From: Abditibacteriaceae bacterium
GTDB lineage: Bacteria > Armatimonadota > Abditibacteriia > Abditibacteriales > Abditibacteriaceae
DNA length: 64,000 bases
Direction: 5' to 3'
NCBI GenBank assembly: GCA_965277285.1
Contig: OZ255721.1
Coordinates: 64,001-128,000 of the forward strand
Position 1 is the stretch's first letter. Each line of letters begins with the position of its first letter. Below are positions 58,973 to 64,000 of this stretch, one piece after another. A model generated the notes under the pieces. It had not been told where the DNA came from. It was given only the letters and a program-made list of their open reading frames with translations, and did not search any database. The position numbers and the translations under genes were made by a program.

Positions 58973-59738
58973 AAGCGCCAGTGAACTCGCTTCCGAAACC
59001 TCGACGCCTAAACCGGCTGCAACGATTGCTGCAACGATTGCTGCAACCGATGTGGCAAGTAAATCGAAAAATTCAGCTAAGAATTCGACCAATCCTTGGC
59101 GTGGTTTATCGCGGCGCTCGATGGAAAAAGCGACCGTCGGTTTTCTGCACCAAGGACGCAACTGCCAGAGCACAATTCGAGTACTCGAAACCGAGGGACA
59201 GCGCGCTGTCGCCAAAGATTACGCGCGCACGCCACCGTTTTTCCGGCGTTATGTCGCGCCGTTTTTGCTGAACCGCGAAGAACGTGCCCTGCGTTTTCTG
59301 GCTGGAACAATCGGCGTGCCGCAGGTTTTCGCGCGCGTCGATCGCCAGGCGCTCATCATCGAACTCATCGAAGGAAAGCCGATTGATCACTTCCAAAACG
59401 GTGAACTGGGCGCGGAAGTCTTTGCGCGTGTGCAAGAAACAATTGACCGCATTCATGCGCGCGGCGTTGCGCATGGCGATTTGAAGCGTCGCGGCAACCT
59501 GATGGTGACGCCACGCGGCGAAATTTTCCTGATCGATTTCGCGGCGTCGCTCATCGGCAAACGGCCTTTGCGACCCGTTGTGAATTGGCTGCAACGCGAA
59601 GTCGCGCGCGTGGATAATAAGTGCGTGCCGCGCCTGAAGATGAAAGCCGCGCCCGAACTGATGACCGACGACGACCGCCGCAAACTCGAAACCCCGACCA
59701 AACTCGAACGCTGGGCGCGCCGCTGGCTAAACCGATGA
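58965..59738 (+). CDS. Kinase of the Kdo/WaaP/RIO-like fold
   Basis: AVAKDY, RE.RAL..L, GVP, HARGVAHGDL...N, LIDF; overlaps the lpxL end. Confidence 0.75.
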   Translation: MNESASELASETSTPKPAATIAATIAATDVASKSKNSAKNSTNPWRGLSRRSMEKATVGFLHQGRNCQSTIRVLETEGQRAVAKDYARTPPFFRRYVAPFLLNREERALRFLAGTIGVPQVFARVDRQALIIELIEGKPIDHFQNGELGAEVFARVQETIDRIHARGVAHGDLKRRGNLMVTPRGEIFLIDFAASLIGKRPLRPVVNWLQREVARVDNKCVPRLKMKAAPELMTDDDRRKLETPTKLERWARRWLNR

Positions 59739-60029
59739 ATCGAGTACTCGATGCGCGGTTAATAACACTTTGAATGTCTGCTTACGACTTGAATTGGTCG
59801 TAATGAACCGCGGCGAGCTATGCTGATGGTGATGAAAACAAACTCAACTTCGTAGAAGTAATTGGCTACGAGGCGTTCAGAGTTCGCAGCTGGAGCAGCC
59901 GAAATGAGCATTCAGCTTGATTGGTAGGACGCTTCCAGCGGAGTATGACGATGCCCTGAAATCTCGGCATTCTCATCCCGATGTCTGGGTTTTTCGTTCG
60001 TTGTCCAGGAACCTGAGGAAAAGCAAAAG

Positions 60030-60293
60030 ATGAACTATCGCAAGGCAGTCGGCTGGATCATGATTCTGCTGGGCTTCATAAGCCTGATTTTGTTGTGGAC
60101 TTCCGTCGCGCACTTGATGCACACGGCGTTCACTGCAGGCTCGTCCTCGAGTGAAACGCATTCGCTTTATCGCTTGGAAGATCGCACGATGCTTTGGAAT
60201 GTGGGCGAAATTTGTTGCACCGTTGCCTTGTGGATTGGCGGGGCATTCTTGTTAGCACCTCGACGCAATCACAAGGCCGCACCTCCGTTGTAG
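60030..60293 (+). CDS. Small hypothetical membrane protein
   Basis: 87 aa, two hydrophobic helices, GAGG upstream. Confidence 0.55.
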   Translation: MNYRKAVGWIMILLGFISLILLWTSVAHLMHTAFTAGSSSSETHSLYRLEDRTMLWNVGEICCTVALWIGGAFLLAPRRNHKAAPPL

Positions 60294-60307
60294 GCATGGT
60301 TTTGTTA

Positions 60308-61633
60308 TCACGAACCCAGCGGCAGCGAGAAGTAAAATGTCGAACCCTCGCCCAAGGCGCTTTCGAGCCACATTTGTCCGCCGTGCGCTTCGACCACGAG
60401 TTTGCAAAAAGTCAGTCCCAAGCCGGTGGACATACGGCGACCAGCGCGACGCGATTCGACTTGCCCGAACTTCTCAAAAATGCGCGCCTGATCTTCGGGC
60501 GGCACGCCTTCGCCGGTATCGCGCACCCAGACGATAAGGTTGTCGTTTTCAGGCCGTGCACCCAGCGTGATAGAGCCGTCGGAAGGCGTGAATTTAATGG
60601 CATTGCCCAGCAAATTGATGAGCACGCGGCGCAATAAATCGGCGTCGGCTGGCACCATTGGCAAGTCGTTCGAGTACTCGAAGGAAACCCTGGCCTGATT
60701 GGTCAACTGAATCGAAACCACTTGTTCAAGCGCTTCTTCGCCGAGCGTTGGGAGTTCGACTGCGCGCCGCTGCAACGTCATGCTTCCGCTTTCCATTTTG
60801 CTGATGTCGAGCAGTTCGTTGACCAGGCGCAACAAGCGATTTCCACCGCGCACTGCCATCATTGTCACTTCGCGTTGCGTTTCGTTGAGCGCGCCGAATT
60901 GTTCGCTTTCCAGCATAGTTAACGGCATGAGAAGCGTCGTTAAAGGCGTGCGTAAGTCGTGAACCAGCATTTCCGAAAGCTCGTCGCGTTGTGCTTCGAC
61001 GCGTTGTAAATCGAGGTAGGCGCGTTCCAATTCGTCACGTCCGCGCTTAACGCGCACGAGGGATTTGACACGCGCCAAAACCTCGTTTTTTTCCAAAGGC
61101 TTCGACAGGAAATCGTCGGCGCCCAATTCGAGAGCGCGCACGCGATATGAGACTTCCTGCAACGCGGTCACCATCACAATCGGCAGATGTCGCGTTTTTT
61201 CCTGCGCGCGCAATCGCTCGCAAACCTCAAAGCCGTCTATATCCGGCATCATCACGTCCAGCAAAACAATGTCGAAGGTTTGCGCGGCGGCTTTCTCCAG
61301 CGCTTCGTGCCCGCCGCTCGCCGTCGTCACCGTGTAAGCAGCGCCTTCTAAAATGCGCGTCAGCAAACGCAAATTTGCCTCGACATCATCCACCACCAAA
61401 ACACGATTCGGCACTGACGTTTGCGGCATTGACGTTTGCGGCATTGATATTTGCGCTGTCGAATCCGCCGTTAACGTTTTCGGCGCTGACGTTGTTGAAA
61501 TTTCCAGCGGTGGTGCTGCGGGTGTTAAAGGTTGCAACGTTGTCGTCGCGCGCTGATTGTCGGAGTTATCCGCGCGAGGCAGATCGTCAGGAAAACCGTT
61601 GGTTCGAGTACTCAATTGCATGGAAAACTGCAT
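60308..61633 (-). CDS. Receiver-histidine kinase hybrid
   Basis: VLVVDD...LLDVMMP...KP receiver; VHDLRTPL, NLLGNAIKFT, DTGEG, GLGL; start uncertain. Confidence 0.9.
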   Translation of the reverse strand: MQFSMQLSTRTNGFPDDLPRADNSDNQRATTTLQPLTPAAPPLEISTTSAPKTLTADSTAQISMPQTSMPQTSVPNRVLVVDDVEANLRLLTRILEGAAYTVTTASGGHEALEKAAAQTFDIVLLDVMMPDIDGFEVCERLRAQEKTRHLPIVMVTALQEVSYRVRALELGADDFLSKPLEKNEVLARVKSLVRVKRGRDELERAYLDLQRVEAQRDELSEMLVHDLRTPLTTLLMPLTMLESEQFGALNETQREVTMMAVRGGNRLLRLVNELLDISKMESGSMTLQRRAVELPTLGEEALEQVVSIQLTNQARVSFEYSNDLPMVPADADLLRRVLINLLGNAIKFTPSDGSITLGARPENDNLIVWVRDTGEGVPPEDQARIFEKFGQVESRRAGRRMSTGLGLTFCKLVVEAHGGQMWLESALGEGSTFYFSLPLGS

Positions 61634-61647
61634 GGAAAGACCGGAAG

Positions 61648-62094
61648 TTACATTTCTTTTTCCAGCGCCAGAACTTTGTTCAAGCGCCGTACGTGGCGTT
61701 CTTCGTGGGTGAATTGCGCCCCTAAAAACGCTTCGACAAGCTCGCGTGCGACCGCCACGCCGATAACGCGCGAACCCAGCACCAGAACGTTCGCATCATC
61801 ATGTTCGACGGATTGGTGCGCCGTATAATGGTCGTGCGCCAAAGCCGCGCGAATGCCGTGAATTTTGTTTGCCGCGATGGACGCACCGGCGCCCGAACCA
61901 CAAATCAAAACGCCGCGACTGGCTTTCCCTGTAGCAACAGCTTCGCCAACGGCGCGCGCAAAGTCGGGATAATCGACGGGAGCGCAGGAATTGGTGCCAC
62001 AATCGAGCACTTCGTAGCCCAGAATGCGCACACTTTCGATCAAGTTCTGCTTCAATTCAAAACCGGCATGGTCGCTGCCCAGTGCGATAATCAT
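61648..62094 (-). CDS. rpiB: Ribose-5-phosphate isomerase B
   Basis: GSDHAG, DYPD, ICGSG.G.SIAANK, HDDANVL, RH.RR. Confidence 0.94.
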   Translation of the reverse strand: MIIALGSDHAGFELKQNLIESVRILGYEVLDCGTNSCAPVDYPDFARAVGEAVATGKASRGVLICGSGAGASIAANKIHGIRAALAHDHYTAHQSVEHDDANVLVLGSRVIGVAVARELVEAFLGAQFTHEERHVRRLNKVLALEKEM

Positions 62095-62144
62095 ATTTCG
62101 AGTACTCGATATGGAGGGAATAATTGACAGAAAGGACGCTTGAA

Positions 62145-63818
62145 TCAGTTCGGCGAGCCGAAACGATGGCGCGCTTTTTCGTCCAGTTGGCGCATTTCCT
62201 GATCGGCTTGCGCGGGATGCAAAGGAATCTCAAAGATAAAAGTCGAGCCTTTGCCGACTTCGCTTTCGACGTGAATGTGACCTTGATGACGTTCAATCAA
62301 ATGCTTCACCAGAAACAATCCGATGCCAGTGCCGCCCGCCGAACGCGTATCGCGGTCATCGACGCGCTCGAACTTTTCAAAGATGCGTCCGACCTTATCG
62401 GCAGGAATACCAATGCCATGATCGCGCACAGCCACGCGCAACACGTCTTCGTCGCTGCTGGCGTAAACCACGATTTCGCCACCGTGCGGCGAATACTTAA
62501 CGGCGTTGGACAACAGGTTCGTCAAAATCTGGTCGAATTTGTCGGCGTCGCCCAGAATCGAAGGAATAATGCCCTCGGTTTCGAGGCGAAACTGGTGCTT
62601 GTCGGTGTAGGAACCTTGCGCTTGCAACACTTTTTCAATCGTCGCCAGCGGCTCGAACAACGCCCAATTCATTTGCAAGGCGCGCCCCGATTCGATGCGC
62701 GACACGTTGAGCAAGTCTTCGATTAAGCGTTGCAAGCGGTCGCATTCCGAATCGATGATGCCATAAAATTCCAAGCGCGTTTCTTTGTCGTAATAATCGT
62801 TGGTGTCCTGCAGTAGCGTCGAGATAAAGCCTTTTATGGACGTGAGAGGCGTTCGCAGTTCGTGCGAAACGGTCGAAACAAAAGCGGTTTTCATGCGCTC
62901 GACTCCGCGAATTTCCGTGATGTCATTGAAAATGGCGACCACGCCGATGACGCTGGCGCGCTCGTCTTCACTGCGCACAAAAGCGGTCTGGCCTTGAAAA
63001 ATGCGTACTTCCGAAGCACCGCGCGGCGTTAATTCGATTTCACGCTGCGACTCCAGGCCACCTTCTGTTGCGTCGCGCAGCATCTCGATAATTTCATGCT
63101 GCGTGATTACTTCTGAGTACTGCTTTCCCACCGCGTTTTCGTCTTCCAGACCAAAAATGTGGCGCGCTGCGGAATTGATGAGCGAAATGTGACCTGTCGA
63201 TTCGACCATGACGACGCCGGCCATCAAGCTTTGCAAAGTCGCCTGCAAATGCTCACGTTCTTCGGTCATCTTCAAATACAATTGCGCATTGGCGAGCACG
63301 GCTGTGATCTGGCGCGCCATGATTGCGACCAGGCGCGCGTCTTCGGCGGTGAAGGCTTGTCCATCGCGCTTGTTGAGGACTTGCAGCACGCCGATCACTT
63401 CGCGGCTGACGATTTGTTGATGCTCGTCGCGCTGTTCCGTGATGAGAGGTTGCACCATCGCGTTGCGAATTTCCAATCGCTCGGCGAATTGTTGATCAAC
63501 GAGATTGTTTTGAAATATGTTGGGCACCGTCATCGGTTCGCCCGATTTAAAAACCGCGCCGCTGACGCCTTTGTTGAGCGGCACGCGCATTGATTTAATT
63601 TGTTCGGGCGTAAATCCCAACGCCGGAGGGCGCGCGACCAGTTGATGGCGTTCGCGGTCGTGCAACAAGAATATGCATTTTTCCGCTTGGATGAGCATCG
63701 CCACGCGCCGCACCAGACGCGACAACGTTTGTTCCAACTCGTTAACCGAGGGGAGAGATTCGTCGGGCCGAGTCCCATGAGGTCGGGGCGCGTTGCCGCC
63801 GGGTATGATCACGCACAC
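62145..63818 (-). CDS. GAF/PAS sensor histidine kinase
   Basis: GAF ([14 protein letters not shown]), [36 protein letters not shown]; start uncertain. Confidence 0.9.
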   Translation of the reverse strand: MCVIIPGGNAPRPHGTRPDESLPSVNELEQTLSRLVRRVAMLIQAEKCIFLLHDRERHQLVARPPALGFTPEQIKSMRVPLNKGVSGAVFKSGEPMTVPNIFQNNLVDQQFAERLEIRNAMVQPLITEQRDEHQQIVSREVIGVLQVLNKRDGQAFTAEDARLVAIMARQITAVLANAQLYLKMTEEREHLQATLQSLMAGVVMVESTGHISLINSAARHIFGLEDENAVGKQYSEVITQHEIIEMLRDATEGGLESQREIELTPRGASEVRIFQGQTAFVRSEDERASVIGVVAIFNDITEIRGVERMKTAFVSTVSHELRTPLTSIKGFISTLLQDTNDYYDKETRLEFYGIIDSECDRLQRLIEDLLNVSRIESGRALQMNWALFEPLATIEKVLQAQGSYTDKHQFRLETEGIIPSILGDADKFDQILTNLLSNAVKYSPHGGEIVVYASSDEDVLRVAVRDHGIGIPADKVGRIFEKFERVDDRDTRSAGGTGIGLFLVKHLIERHQGHIHVESEVGKGSTFIFEIPLHPAQADQEMRQLDEKARHRFGSPN

Positions 63819-64000
63819 GCTCCCGTTTCATCCAAACACTGCGAATGCAAACGCTGCGGATGAACGCTGAAGAAAACGCCGAACAAAGACATGGAAAAGG
63901 AAAAATCGCGCATGGCGCTGCTTAAACGAGCAAATCTTGGACTTCGTCATGCGAACGCGGCGCTACAATCAAATGCTGCCAAAAGTGGGACAAAAGTAAA

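Overview
A 64-kb bacterial chromosomal window of moderately high GC. The gene mix (lipid A/Kdo genes and TonB systems together with cdaA-cdaR and a YaaT/RicT-like gene) suggests a diderm Terrabacteria lineage such as Abditibacteriota/Armatimonadota; this is inference, not a search result. Contents in order: 3' end of a TonB-dependent receptor; a frameshifted IS5-family element; exbB-exbD-tonB; a metal-uptake locus (CxxC/RGPP leader ORF, outer-membrane barrel, ABC transporter); carotenoid genes (crtE, crtB, crtI, lycopene elongase-like, CruF-like); a glycoside hydrolase; yaaT-metG-comEA; amidase; signalling proteins; five tRNAs plus tadA; recQ; alr-cdaA-cdaR; a lipid A operon led by a FabZ-LpxA fusion; rpiB and two histidine kinases. 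The dominant unexplained signal is a highly iterated palindrome, CGAGTACTCG (usually TCGAGTACTCGA). I counted about 60 exact copies by eye, roughly one per kb, in intergenic DNA and in all three reading frames of genes, plus many near-matches. It resembles cyanobacterial HIP1 in behaviour but has a different sequence. Several REP/REPIN-like hairpin families fill intergenic spaces, and one of them appears to be the target of the IS5 element. All gene calls rest on motif recognition only.
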